A stretch of DNA of 63,495 nucleotides, filler included, from Chiloscyllium plagiosum (GCF_004010195.1; 5 parts of one record of this genome joined end to end with filler, not necessarily neighbours in it); one strand, 5' to 3'. Positions 35,700 to 48,872 are shown, counted from the whole stretch's first letter. The notes: generated from the letters alone by a model not told the origin. Numbers and translations are program-made.

Positions 35700-38515
35700 G
35701 AAATCATGACGGTAAGAAAGCGAGCAGAAAAGCATTTTAGTGAATGCTCGTTGCATTCGTAATAAGGCTGATGTGTTATCAGCACAAATCATCGTGAATG
35801 ATTATGATTTGTTAGCCATTATTGGTACATGGTTATAGGCTAGTAATGACCTGTATTTCAATATCTAGAAGTATCAGATTACTCGGAAGGACATACAGGA
35901 AGGTAAGGGAGTTGGTGTGGCTTTGATATTCAAAAACAACATCAGGCTGTTTGAGACATGATACAGGGTCTATTGAGGAAAAAGTTTGAATCCATTTGAC
36001 TGGACATTAGAAATTATAAGAAGAAAACGTCATGGAAGACTTAGTCTATAGGTCACCAAATAATAATATCATATTGGGACGGGCAATACACAAAAAAAAC
36101 TCATGCCTGTTAAATGGCATGGCAATTATCAAGGGGGATTTTAATCTACATGTAGATTGGTCGAACTAGCTCAGTCAGAGAAGCCTTAAAGAGGAGTTTG
36201 TTGAATGTATCCGTTATAGTTTCCTGAATAATATGTAATGGAAGCGGCGAGGAAGCAAGCCATCCGAGATCTGATACTGTGTAATGAGAAAGAAATAACT
36301 AATGACCTCATAGCTCGCCATTGTCTTGGAATGAGTCACCACAGTTGGGTTAAATTTAGAATAAAGATGGAAATTGTGAAGATAAAATCCAATACCAGAT
36401 CATGTGCTTAGACAAGTGAGACTACAACATAATGAGGAAGGACTTAGTCAAAGTAGGTAGGAAACAAAGACTTTATGGTGAGACAGTTGACGAGCAGTTA
36501 AGAACTTTCGAAATAATGTTTCAAAGCGCTGAGCAAAAGTACATTCAAGTGAAAAGGAAGGAGGACAAGAAAAGGGGAAATCTGCCGTGAGTGTCTAAGG
36601 AAATAGGAGAGGTTATCAAATTGAAAGAAAAGACACACAAAGTGGCCAAAAACTGCATTCATCTAGAAGATTGGACAAGCTTTAAAGGTCAACGAAAAAG
36701 CACAAAAAGCGTGATAAAGAAAAGTAAGATGGACCATGCGAGAAAACAAAATCGGCATTGAATGTAAGGCCGATAGCATAAGTCTAAAATGAAAAACAAT
36801 GGGGAAAGTAAAAGTTGGTCCATTAGAGGATGAGAAGGGACATTGTCTTGTTGAATGTGATGCTTGTGGCCGAGGCATGGAAATGGCATTTTTAAAATCG
36901 GTCTTCACAGGGGAAGAAACTACTAACATGCCAGTAATTGAAAAAGAGATCAAGGTAAGTGAGAACCTGCAGACAATTCTCATTATGAAGAGGTCGTGTT
37001 GGCCAAACTAATGCAGCTCATGAAAAATATGTCTCCTGGCTCTTAGACAATGCATCCCAGGGTACTAAAATATATGGCGAGACACATAGCAAGTGCACTG
37101 GTGGTAATTTTCCAAAGTTTGCTGGACTCCGGGACAGTCCCAGCAGATTGGAAAAACAGCCAATGTAATGCAACTGTTTAAAATGGGTCGTATACAAAGG
37201 ATGGTGAATTCTCGCCCGGTGAGCTTAACCTCTGTAGTGTGGAAGATGTTTCAGTCTACTACCAAAGAAAAAAATAGCAGGACATCTCGAGATTATTTGT
37301 CCCGTTTGGCAGATGCAGCATGTGTTCATGAAGGGTAGGTCACGTTTAACAAATCTTTTGGAATTCTATGAAGATATTCCGAGCAAGGTGGGCAAGGGGG
37401 ACTAAGTGGATGTGGTGCGCCTAGATTGCCGAAATTCCTTCGACCCGGTGCTGTACAAAAGGCTGCTGCATGCGATGATGATGCATGTTATTACGGTGAA
37501 AGTATTAGCATGCAAACAGCATTGTTTGACGACCAGGAAGCAAAGAGTGGGTCTGAATATGTGCTACTTTAGCTAGAAATCAGGGACTAGTAGCATGCTC
37601 TGTGGATCGGTGTTGGGGCCACATATATTTTTAATTTATATAGATTATTTGGAGTTGGAGATCACGTTTAGAGTGCCAAAGATTGAAGGTGCCACGAATA
37701 TGAATGAGAAAGCGAAGTGTGCAGAGGACTGCAAAGCTTTGCAGGGTAACATACATACAGTAAGTGAATGGACAAATCAGGAAGGGAAATAGAAGTTTGT
37801 CCATCATTGCTAAAGATATTGAGTTTAAAAGCAGAGAACTTATGTTGCAGTTGTACAGCGTCGTGGTGGCGGCACACGTGGACGACACTGTGCAGTATTG
37901 GTCTCCAAAGTTTAGAAAGGACGGACTGGCTTTGGAATGGGTGCAGACGTGGTTTACTCATTTGATTCCGGAGTTGAAGGGGTTGGCTTACGAGGAGAGA
38001 CTGATTCGGAGATGCCGGTGTTGGACTGGGGTGTACAAAGTTAAAAATCACACAACACAGGTTATAGTGACTGAGTAGACTGGGATAATATTCACTGGGA
38101 TTCAGAAGAGTGAGGAAGGAGATGTTATCAAGAAGTATACAATTATGAAGGGAAAAATAAGATAAAGGAGAGAGAATGCTTCCACTGGCAGGAGAAGCTT
38201 GGACAAGAGACCGTCACTTCACTTAGAGAGAGCAGATTTCGTATTCTGGACTGACTTGAGAAGGAACTTCTTCAGCTAAAAGCTTGTTACTTTGTGGAAC
38301 TCCTTGCCCAGTGAAGTAGTTGATGCTACTTAAGCAAGCGTTTTTAAAACTGAAGTAGATTTTCTTTTGAAAAGTAAGTGAATTAAGGAATACGGTGTGA
38401 GCGCGGGTAAGTGGAGCTGAGTCCATGATAAGATCAGTGATGATCTTATTTAATGGCGAAGTGGGCTCAAAAGGTCGGATGGTCCACTCCTGTTGCTAGT
38501 CCTTGTATTCTTACG
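35700..38515 (+). mobile_element. Decayed CR1-type LINE ORF2, nearly full length with an internal deletion
   Basis: Endonuclease GDFN-like motif near 36130, KVKVGPLEDEKG, GSVLGPHIFLIYI, VQYWSPKFRKD. Confidence 0.88.
38005..38068. mobile_element. Very short family-A PLE terminal fragment
   Basis: Matches the 9028-9247 terminus; 6-bp TSD GACTGA at 37999-38004 and 38069-38074. Confidence 0.75.
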
Positions 38516-40053
38516 TCTGTTCTAATACAGTGACAGAGAGAATCAATTAAATCTGCAGTGAGGAATCTTTCGACAAGAGCTGGAACCTATGAGAGAGAAT
38601 AATGAGAAAACTCCTGTTTCCTTGGAGTTAATTTGGACACGGGAAAATGAATTGAGGGTTTCAGGCTATCTCTGGTTTTAAAATAAGCGGCGAGTGCTAG
38701 ACTTGGGTGGTGATAAAGGGACAAAAATGAAGCATGTGGACTGCTGCATAGTCTGATCCCAGATAATTCACTGACTCCTCCATCACTATTGCTCTAATTT
38801 GTTCGCAGGTGTCTCTCTCACATATTTTCATTAATCTCCATCACACCCCACCCTTCACACTCCCCACCCCACACACCCGTTTCCATTCCTCTGCAGATTA
38901 CCTTCCTATCTCTCTGCCTGTTTCTCACCTCACCATTTTTTTCAGGAATGCGTAATAGTTCAATCTTTCCAAAACAAATGTCTATGCACAGCGGTCTCTG
39001 CATTTTCGTCTCAGCTCTGTGGGATCTTGGTATTTTGCCTGGAAACCACTTTGGCTGCATTGCAGTGGCACATCCATTCCCTCAACTCTCCGTCTCTGCT
39101 GTTGCAAATCTCTCTATCTGTGTCCGATATCTCTGGCTGGTTTTCTCTTAATCCCTCTATCTTCCCTTATTTCTTTCCCTCATTTACAGGGGGTGAGCAA
39201 TAGGGTAGAGGTCTCTGGTACAGAGTCTGTTTCTGTCACTCAGAAGGGGAGCGTTTAGAGGGGCAGAACATTAGCCTCCACAATTAGCGGGGCAGATTGG
39301 AGATCCTGTGCGAACGAGAGTGACTCACGGTCAGAGCGCTGTTCCCTGGTGCCAGGGTTTGTGATGCTTCGGATCATGTTTTTGGGACCCTTAAGGGCGA
39401 AGGGCAGCAAACCCAAGTCATGATCCACATAGGCACCGACGGCATCCGTCGGAATAGGGATGGGGAAATTAGACAAATTCATGGAGCCATTGCGAACGCT
39501 TAGAGCAAGAACAAACAGAATTGTTATCTCTTCTTTTCTTTGCCCGTGCTACGTGCTATCACGGCGCAAAACTGGGAGAGAGAAAGGAGTTGAACACATG
39601 CTACAGGGAAGGTACAGGAGAGAGAGATTCGGATAATTGGATAATTGGGGCCCATTCCGGGGTAGATGGAACCCCTACAAACAGGACAGTCTCCATCTGA
39701 AACAGGGAGGCACCAATATTGTGGGTAAGGGCCTGTTGGAGACTTGCTGATGTTCTTCTGGAGGGTTTAACATACTCAAACAGGGCAATGGGAATCTATA
39801 GTTTAGTTCCATATTCCAGGAGTTTGAGAGTGGTGGGCCAAAAATAAGGTTTCAAGGTCGCAAGAGTGTACCGACAGGCAGGACGTTGGTTTTAAGTGTG
39901 TGTAATTCAACACCAGGGGTATCCAGATTATGGTCGATGAACAGGCACCATGGGTTGGGACGTGGGACTTCGATGCTGTGGGCATTTCAGAGACATGAGT
40001 AGAGCAGGGACAGGAATGATTGTTGCAGGTTCCGGGGGTTAGATAATTCGGTA

Positions 40054-40153
40054 GCTCCTTCGATGCTTCTTGGATGCTGCCTGAACTGCTGTGCTCTTCC
40101 AGCCCCACTAATCCAGAATCTGGTTTCCAGCATCTGCAGTCATTGTTTTTACC
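40054..40153 (+). mobile_element. Family-B PLE terminal fragment
   Basis: 14-bp TSD TAGATAATTC(G/A)GTA at 40040-40053 and 40154-40167. Confidence 0.8.
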
Positions 40154-41008
40154 TAGATAATTCAGTAAGACCAGGGAAGGCAGTAAAAGAGGGGTGGGTG
40201 TGGAATTGTCCGTGAAGCACAGTATTGAGGTGTCAGAAAGGACAGGTGGGGACTCGTCTTCTCAAGTGGACAGGGTTGTGGTTTCAAAAATGAAAATACA
40301 TGTTACCCTGTTGGTAGTTTTACAAAGGCATCTAAAGAATTCCAGAGATGCAAAGAAAATGGTTCACAAATGTAAATATAGATAGGGGTAAGTGTAACAG
40401 GTAGTTGTTATGGGATTTTGAATATTCCAAAAATTGACGAGGAATGTGATAGTTTGAGTACTTTAGATGGGTCAGTTTTGTCCAATTTGTATAAGAGCGT
40501 GTCCTGACACAGTATGTAGACAGGCCAACAAAGGTGAGGCCACATTGGATTTGTTACTGGGCAATGTACCAGGGCAGGTGTGAGATTTGGAGATAGGTGA
40601 GCACTTTGGTGATTGTGACCACAATTCGTTTTATTTTGTTCATTTGAGCACAGTTGACATGTGGAACTTATTCAAGGCACAGATACTGCGTGTGCTTGAC
40701 AAATACCTACCTTTCAGACAAGGAAGAGGTGGTCGAGCGAGGGAGATCTGGTTTACTAAAGAAGTTGAATTTCTTGTGAAAAAGAAGAAGGAAGCTTTTC
40801 AAATGACGAGATGTGAGAGCTCAGTGCGGGCGCCTGAGAGTTACAAGTTAGCCATGAGTGATCTGAAGAGAGAGCTAACAAAAGCCAGAGCGGACATGAG
40901 AAGATTTTGGAAGATTGGATCAAGGAAAGCCCTGAAGATTTCTACAGGTATATCAGGATACGAAAAAAATGACCTCAGTAAGATTAAGACCAATCAAGGA
41001 TAACAGTG

Positions 41009-41370
41009 GGATTCAAAGTTTGTGAGAAGATTTGTAGCTCGGGTGCTCGTTGTTGTGGTTCTGTTCGCAGAGCTGTAAGTTTTTGTTGCAAACGTTTCGT
41101 CCCCTGGCTAGGCGACATCATCAGTGCTTGGGAGCCTCCTGCGAAGCGCTTCTTTGATGTTTCCTCCCGCATTTATAGTGGTCTGTCCCTGCCGCTTCCG
41201 GTTGTCAGTTTCAGCTGTCTGCTGTAGTGATTGGTATATTGGGTCCAGGTCGATGTGTTTGTTGGTGGAGTTTGTGGATGAATGCCATGCCTCGTGGAAT
41301 TCCCTGGCTGTTCTCTGTCTGGTTTGTCCTATGATAGTAGTGTTGTCCCAGTCGAATTCATGGCATGTTC
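41009..41370 (-). mobile_element. Penelope-like element 3' fragment, family C, with GIY-YIG C-terminus
   Basis: Minus strand reads HEFDWDNTTIIGQTRQRTAREFHEAWHSSTNSTNKHIDLDPIYQSL, typical of PLE endonuclease ends; inserted in the CR1. Confidence 0.85.
41088..41127 (-). ncRNA. Minimal type-I hammerhead ribozyme motif, intact core
   Basis: GCA-CUGAUGA-U-GUCGCCU(AGCC)AGGGGAC-GAAAC-GUU-UGC: stem I GCA/UGC, stem II 6 of 7 pairs, palindromic stem III. Confidence 0.75.
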
Positions 41371-43054
41371 TGCGTAGAGAGTGAGGTGATAGGAGAGGTG
41401 CTAAGTGAATATTTTCCGTCAGTGTTTACGCTGAAATTCTTCATTGCCAGGCAGAATATTGAGATACAAGTCCCTGGTCGTGACGGGATTGAGATTCACA
41501 AGGGGGCGGTGTTAGCAATTCTGGAAAGTGTATAAATTGATAAGTCCCCTGGCCGGATGGAATTTTCTCTAGGAAGCCATCTTGGAGTTTGCAGAGCCTG
41601 TGGCATTGATCATCAAGTCGGCGTTGTGTACAGGAATAACACTAGAAGGCTGGTGGAAAGCAAAGATTGTCCCCATGTCAAGAAGGCAAGAGTGGTAATT
41701 ACAGACCAGTGAAACTTACTGTTGTTGTGGGTAAAGTGTTGGAAAGGATTATAAGAGATAGGATTTATAATCATCCAAAAAGGAGTACTTTGATTAGCCA
41801 TAATTATCAAGGTATTGTAAAAGGTAGGTCGTCCATCACAAACCTCACTGACTTCTATGAGAAGGTCAACAAACAGGTGAATGAGGGTGAAGTGGTTGGT
41901 ATGCTGTATTATATGAATTTCAGTAAAGCGTTTGCTACGCTTCAACACGTTAGGCTAATGCACAAAATATGGAGGTATGGGATTGAGGGTGCTTTAGCAA
42001 TTTAGATCAGAATTTGGCTAGCTGAAGGAAGACTAGGAGTGGTGGTTGATGGTAACTGTTCATCCTTGAGTTGAGTTACGAGTGGTGTACCACAAAGATC
42101 TGTTTTGGGGCCAATGTTTTTTCTGATTTTTATAAATGGCCTCGATGAGGGTGTCCAAGCATATTTTAGTAAATGTGCGCATAATACGAAGGTTGGTTGA
42201 GTTGCGAATACTGTTGAATGATTTTGCAGATTACAGAGGGACATAGGTAAGCTGCAGAACTGAGCTGAGAGGTGACAAATGGAGGTGAATGTGAAAAAGT
42301 TTGACGTGATTCACTTTGGATGGAGTAACTGAAATACAGAATTCTGGAATAAAGGTAAGATTCCTGCAAGTGCGGATGTGCAGATAGATCTCTTTGTCCA
42401 CGCATATGGATCCTTGGAAGTTGTCGACCAGGTTCACAGGGTTGTTAAAAAGACATACGGCGTATTAACCTTTATTTGTTGAGGGATTGATATTCGGGCC
42501 ATCAGGTCATGTTGCAGCTGTACCAAACTCTGGGGCAACCACACTTGGAGTGTTGTGTACATTTCTTGTCGCCACCTTATAAGAAAGATGTGGAAGCTTT
42601 GGAGCGAGTTCAGAGAAGATTTGCCAGGATGTTGCCTGATGTGGTGACAAGGTCTTACGAGGAAAGGGTGAGTGACTTGAGTCTGTTTTCGTTAGAAAGA
42701 AGCAAGTTGAGTCGTGACTTAATAGAGTCTTACACGATGAACAGAGGAGTTGACAGGGAGGTCATATAAGATGATCAGACGATTAGACAGGGTGGACAGT
42801 CAGAACCTTTATCCCAGATGTACATGGCTAGCAAGAGGAACATAGCTTTAAATTGAGGAGTGATAAATTATAGGACAGATATCGAAGGTAGGTTCTTTAC
42901 TCAGATAGTTTTAAGGGCGTAGAGCACACTGCTGGCAGCCATCGTAGCCTCGCTCACAAAAAAGACATTTAAATGGTCATTGGATAAACACATGCATGAA
43001 AATGGAACCGTGTCAGTTAGACAGGCTGCAGTTTGGTTTCAATGGTCAGTGAAC

Positions 43055-43363
43055 GGTGGAACAGTGATTGCTACTGCTGCCTCAAAGCACCAGGGCCAAA
43101 TTTTTGATTCCAGCCTCGGGGGACTATCTGCGTAGAGCTTGCACATTCTCTCTGTGTCTGCGTGGGTTTCCGCCGTGTGCTCCAGTTTTCTGCCACAGTC
43201 CATCGATGTGCAGGTCAGGTGAATTGGCCATGCTAAATTGCCATAGTGTTAGGTGCATTCGTCAGAGTGAAAATGGGGCTGGGTGGTTTAATCTTTGGAG
43301 GATCAGTGTGGACTGGTTGGGCTGAAGGGCCTGTTTCCGCACTGTAGGGAATCTAATCTAATC
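43055..43363 (+). mobile_element. HE1/V-SINE
   Basis: Degenerate tRNA head, V-domain and tail gggcctgtttccgcactgtagggaatctaatctaatc. Confidence 0.85.
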
Positions 43364-44439
43364 AGGACATCAATGACCTAATGCCTGGACTGTGCTGTGA
43401 TGTTCTATCTGTTAGGTTCTACTCAATTTTTCCACCCCTTATCACCTCATTTTCCTATACCTGTCTGACATTCTGTGTCTTATCCTTGGTTTTCACTTTC
43501 TCTCTCAACCTGTTGTCCTCTGACTAGCATCTCTCAAACTCTACCTCTCTCCCTCTATCTGTCGGTCCTTCTTTCGCTTACTCCTTGCATTTTCTATTGC
43601 TTTTTTTCTAACGGACCCCTCTGCTCTTTCCGAGTGACTGTGGAAGCATTATTTGGGTAAAAATTGAACTCAGTGCAACAGGGTTTTGTGCAATTAATGC
43701 AGTGGAATACCCCTTTACTCCATCATTCCGAGGTTTCTCCCCCACAGTTAGCGAAACAGTGGAGGTGGGAGTAGAAGAGTGAAGAAGTAACGTTCTCATA
43801 GAGAGTGTGCCTAGGATGGCTGCAGAATGGAATTTTGCTGTAAATCACAGTGATCCATCAAACAACTGTTTAGTCTTTGCACCATGTCCTCCAGCCAAGG
43901 AGTGGTGATTCTGTGAGGGATAGGTCAGAATTGGCAATTATACAGTGGCAAAGTCACTTCGTTCCTGAGAGAGCGGACAACAGGGAGAGAGCAGAAGTGA
44001 TTGACAGAGAATATTGCGTTTGACGATGGCATCGGAGGGGAAGAGTGAGGGGTTATTGCAGGACCGACAATAATGGAGGGAGAGAGAACAAGATGCAGTT
44101 ATGAGACAGGGTTGATGACTGGATTCCACAGGGAGAGTAGTCAGTGAGTCCTTTCATGGCCATGTCCTGAGTAATCGGATAGGACCAGGATCATCTTGTG
44201 AGGCGGTCAAAAGCACACCCTCTGTGACGTGAAGCTCTGTAATTTTGGAACTTGGATATTGCTGTGCATTACTGCAATCAAACACAGACCAGTCAGTCCA
44301 CAAAGACTCGTTTCCCTCTGCCCCAGGAAGTTAGGTTCTGTGCAGTATTGGTTGCAGGATTGGAGCACGTATTTGGTGAGGCAAGATTTATGAGGGCTTA
44401 GTACTTTGTGCCAGCTACGTTTGGGAGGGGAAAGAAAAC

Positions 44440-45060
44440 GGGTGCCAAAATATATTTTGTGGTGCAAGGAGTTAAGAGGTCATTTTGCGCTTGTACCCGA
44501 CATTGGTAAGAACATTGCGAGCAATTGTCGTCTCCCTACTATAGTAAGGATGTCGTGAAAGTTAAAACTTGACACAAAACAGAACGTTGCATGGATATTT
44601 CAAGGGATTGTAAGGTTTGAGATGTATTAAAAGACTGAACAGGCTGAAGCTATTTTCCCTGGGGCATCAGCTCCTGAGTGTTGATATTATAGAGATTTAG
44701 AAAATTAGCAGGGGTATGGATAAGGTGAGTACCCAATGTATTTTCTCTGGGGTAGGGGAGTCTAAGCCGAAACAACACAGATACAAGGTGAGTTTAGAAT
44801 GATTGATAAGGGACTGAAGGGGCAATGTTTTCGTGCCGAGCTTGATGTGTGTATAGAACAAGCTGACAGATAAGTGATGGAGATTGGAACAATGATAACA
44901 TTTAAAAATCATCTGGATGGAAATATGGAAAGGAAGGATGTGGAGTGATATGTGCCAAGTACTGGCAAATAGGATGATATTAAATTTAGGATGTCTGGTC
45001 GTCATTTACGAGTGGGATGGAAAGGTCTGTTTTTGTAATGCTTAACTATGACTTTATGAC
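44440..45060 (+). mobile_element. Old CR1 3' fragment
   Basis: Collinear with the 3' ends of other CR1 copies in the window. Confidence 0.65.
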
Positions 45061-46127
45061 AAACATCGATGCACGTTGATACATTTCCAGGCAGAAGTGA
45101 ACGAGGGTGAGAAACTATCGAAAGAGCTAGGAACAAATGGAGTAGTGAGTATCAACCCTTCATGCTGTCCAACGTCTAAATTCCTGTTTGTCTCTGTTTG
45201 AATTCTCCCTTACTGTCTCTCTCAATCTTGGTCCTTCTTTCTCCCTGTCTCTCTGGCCGCTCTCCTTCATTTTCTCTGTCCTTCTGTCTCTCGCTGCTCC
45301 TATGTCTCTGACCCCACTCTCTCCGTTTCTTGTCTCTGTGTCACTTTCTCCCTCTCCGTCTTTCACTTTCACCCTGTCTTTCTCCCTTTCCCTTTTTGTC
45401 TCTTTCAGAGCTACGTGTATCTCCGTGGCCGTATCTCCAAGAAATCGGTTCTCTGACATTTTGGACTGTATCCTGTGGCACTCTCTCTTTTTTGCTCTCT
45501 GTCCATCTTGTCATCAACGTCTTAGATTTTTTTAATTTCCAACCAAATGAATTCAACCTTATTCTACATAGATACAACATCATCTCTCACCACGGCTCTG
45601 ATGTCATTCTTAATTATGAGAGCGTCACCACTTCCATACCTTTGTGTCTGTCATTCTGCATAGTCTGATAACCCTGGATATTTAACTCCCATTAGTCATT
45701 ATCCTGCACACATGCACACCTGCTGATTTCCTTGCATTTTTCCATCTTACTTTCTGACAGTTTCCCCTTCCCTTCCCCCAGATTCACTAGGTTGAAGTCT
45801 AAGTGAACATCATCGTCATCCTTTCGCCAGAACATTTGTTCCAGATTGGTTCAGTTAGAGACCGTCCCATTGGTAGAGATCCGACATGTTCCATAACTAA
45901 TACCAATGGTCCATGAACTGGAACCCCTCTGACCCAAAGCACTCCTTAGGCCAAGTGTGTACTTCCTTAATTTTTTCATCGCTGAGCCAATTTGCACGTG
46001 GCTCACAAGGTAATCCAGGCATGTTCAACCTTGAGGAGATGTTTCTTAATTTATTTGATTTGCTTGATAATCCCCAAACAATTGATCCTTCCTAGCCTTT
46101 ACTATGTTGTTTGTCTCAACGTAAACC

Positions 46128-46797
46128 ACAACATATTGCTCCTTTCTCTCCTCAATACTTTTGTGGAGTTGCCATCGTGAACACCTGAGCACTTTATTAA
46201 CTGTACAGTCACTGCGAGATGATTTCAATTAACTCGATAAATCCAGATGCCTTCATTTTTCTGTTAAAACTCAAATCCACTGATCAAACTAAACTCTGAA
46301 AATTGCGGAGTGTATGAGTTACTGTTTTAGCCGACTTATCCGAGACTGAGAGGACGGGTGTGTTGTAACACAAATTAAATTTGAAGAAATAATGTGGCGT
46401 TTTACATCATGTATTGAAATGTGGAGAATATTAATTATTTTTATACACCAAGGATTGTTGAAACAACATGTTGCTCCTTTCTCTCCTCAATACTTTTGTG
46501 GAGTTGCCATCGTGAACACCTGAGCACTTTATTAACTGTACAGTCACTGCGAGATGATTTCAATTAACTCGATAAATCCAGATGCCTTCATTTTTCTGTT
46601 AAAACTCAAATCCACTGATCAAACTAAACTCCGAAAATTGCGGAGTGTATGAGTTACTGTTTTAGCCGGCCTATCCGAGACTGAGAGGACGGGTGTGTTG
46701 TAACACAAATTAAATTTGAAGAAATAATGTGGCGTTTTACATCATGTATTGAAATGTGGAGAATATTAATTATTTTTATACACCAAGGATTGTTGAA
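46128..46797. repeat. 335-bp direct tandem duplication (46128-46462 / 46463-46797)
   Basis: Identical apart from about four substitutions. Confidence 0.95.
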
Positions 46798-46800
46798 AGG

Positions 46801-48333
46801 ATTCCTGCATGTTTTATAATACGTTACCTCTTACTCATTGTAATCAGTGTTTACACAGCTGCCTTCGCAAGCGAGCAACGCAGGCCAGCAATAACCACAT
46901 TTTCTTGCGAGCAGATGTGGTGATCTACAGGACAGGTCCAGGCTAATCAGCTCATTCGGTCAGCATCGGCAATCCATCAAATGAACTGCTTGAATCCATT
47001 TTCCAGCATTTGGTCCGTAACCTTGTACACTTTAGCTGATAAACACTGACACAAGTACCAGCAAGGATTACAATCGATCCGATTCAAAACTAGTAGGTAT
47101 TGTTTAGACGATATAATGTGGTCTGGTCTAACGTAGGGTTACAGTTCAACATATACACCAAAGGAGTGAGGAGGAATGGACGGCCTATCCACAAGTATTG
47201 ATGGATCAAATCAGCACACAGGACACCGTCATCAATTCAAGAGAATAGGAGGAGACGACAACATCGTTTAGATAATTGAAAATAAGATTAGCCTTTATAG
47301 GGGATACTGATTGCCGCTAGGAATGTGTAGTATACACTTTCTAAATCCTGGAAAATAAATGGTTTGTCAATTGCTCCTCATAGGTTGAAAATATGATGTC
47401 ATAGTTCAAAAAGAAATGGGTCTGCAGTATCCAAATTTTCGATGCCTCTTCCACTTGTGGGTTAGTCGCTGATATCCCCACTCCAACTCGATGTTTGATG
47501 CTGTTTCCCGTTCTGGATTGCTGACCCCACTAGAAAGGCCGATGGCTGGGGTGTTGGAGCCTTAGATCCCAAGAAGACAGAAGAAAACAAGGAAACCTGC
47601 GAAATTAGGATAAAATGGAAGACAAGAATGCAAAAGAAGGGTTCGGTGAACAGTTGACGGAAAGTGTACGGAATATTTGGAGAGAAAGTGTCGGATCACT
47701 GGAATTTGCAAACGTCTCTGCAGATAATAAACATATTATGCCTGATGATATTCGCTTTCTTTCTTCTCATCAGTTGCTACCAGTCTTTAAGCTAATTTTG
47801 GAGAGAAAGGTCAAAGAGGTGTCTTCAGTTCTGTGGTAGCAAAAACGACGATTCCTCAGAGCTCTGTTTGTATGCAACATGGGAAAGGATACTGGAACAG
47901 TATCCACTCAACACTCTGGCTCGCCCACTCAGGTCCAGTAGTGTCATACACTTTGTGCGATAATAATTAGTTGCAACATTGATGATAATTCTAGCCATGT
48001 CCTTCCCAATATATACTTTCAACCATGTAAAACACAATCAATTATGGACTTTTTTTATGCACGACCTTACGTTCATGATGAAATGAGAATACTCGTCAGA
48101 CATTGTTATCAGGCCATGAGATCTTCCAACGTATCCCATTAATTTCCATCCCATTGTTCAGTAATATTCTTTTACAGACATTATTGAGTTGCATATCACT
48201 GAGGACTGTTCGCATTCTGTTATTCATTGTGTTCATTGCTATCCTTATTTACTCATCTTATATGCACTACTGCACCGATCAGAGGAGATGTAAGAAAGAT
48301 ACTAACTCCTACCAATTGCTGTCAAATTCATAA
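46801..48333 (+). pseudogene. Candidate endogenous viral element: decayed rhabdovirus-like glycoprotein G
   Basis: About 510 codons across frameshifts and stops: signal-like YLLLIVISVYTAAFA, GLQSIRFKTSRYCLDDIMWSG, SELCLYATWERILEQYPL, HSGPVVSYTL, C-terminal TM ILLFIVFIAILIY and a short basic tail. Compared by eye with recalled VSV G. Confidence 0.55.
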
Positions 48334-48626
48334 CCTATGTTCTAATGTAGAATAGTTATATATTAGGTTATATGGTTAGTCTAAATGTGACAATGTCTCT
48401 GCTGAGCAGGTTGTGTCTCACCTGAACTTGATGGATCACGCAAGAACTGCGCTTCTATGTTGCAGTAGTATCTATAACTCTTTCTATTATAATGCTGCCT
48501 GTATTTGTGATTCGAACAAGAGACTTATTTTTAGATGAAGTTTACTGTCTATAATATTTCTGCACTAAATATTTTCCTTTATCTGAAAACATCATTTCAA
48601 ATTCTTCTAACAAGGTTCAAACTTCC

Positions 48627-48872
48627 ACAGGAGAAAGTGAGGTCTGCAGATGCTGGAGATCAGAGATGAAAATGTGTTGCTGGAAAAGCGCAGCAGGTCA
48701 GGCAGCATCCAAGGAACAGGAGAATCGACGTTTCGGGCATAAGCCCTTCTTCGGGCTTCTGCCCGAAACGTCGATTCTCCTGTTCCTTTGATGCTGCCTG
48801 ACCTGCTGCGCTTTTCCAGCAACACATTTTCAGCTCTGATCTCCAGCATCTGCAGACCTCACTTTCTCCTGT
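48627..48872. mobile_element. Palindromic PLE-derived element, family B (~120-bp arms)
   Basis: acaggagaaagtgaggtctgcag...ctgcagacctcactttctcctgt. Both arms keep stem II-GAAACGUC but lack an intact CUGA at the centre. Confidence 0.85.

Larger units (their letters stand above)
39200..43040 (+). mobile_element. Decayed CR1-type LINE with ORF1 esterase remnant and ORF2
   Basis: Esterase-like CCxPGARV and HIGTxxI remnants at 39330-39460; WDFDAVGISET; GDCDHNS; GNYRPVKLTVVVGKVLERII; PHLECCVHFLSPPYKKD. Confidence 0.88.

Noticed and set aside
48627..48872. Long hairpin as a miRNA precursor or active double ribozyme
   Set aside because: PLE-derived; both cores lack an intact CUGA, and it ends exactly at a contig edge, so arm length may be affected by assembly.
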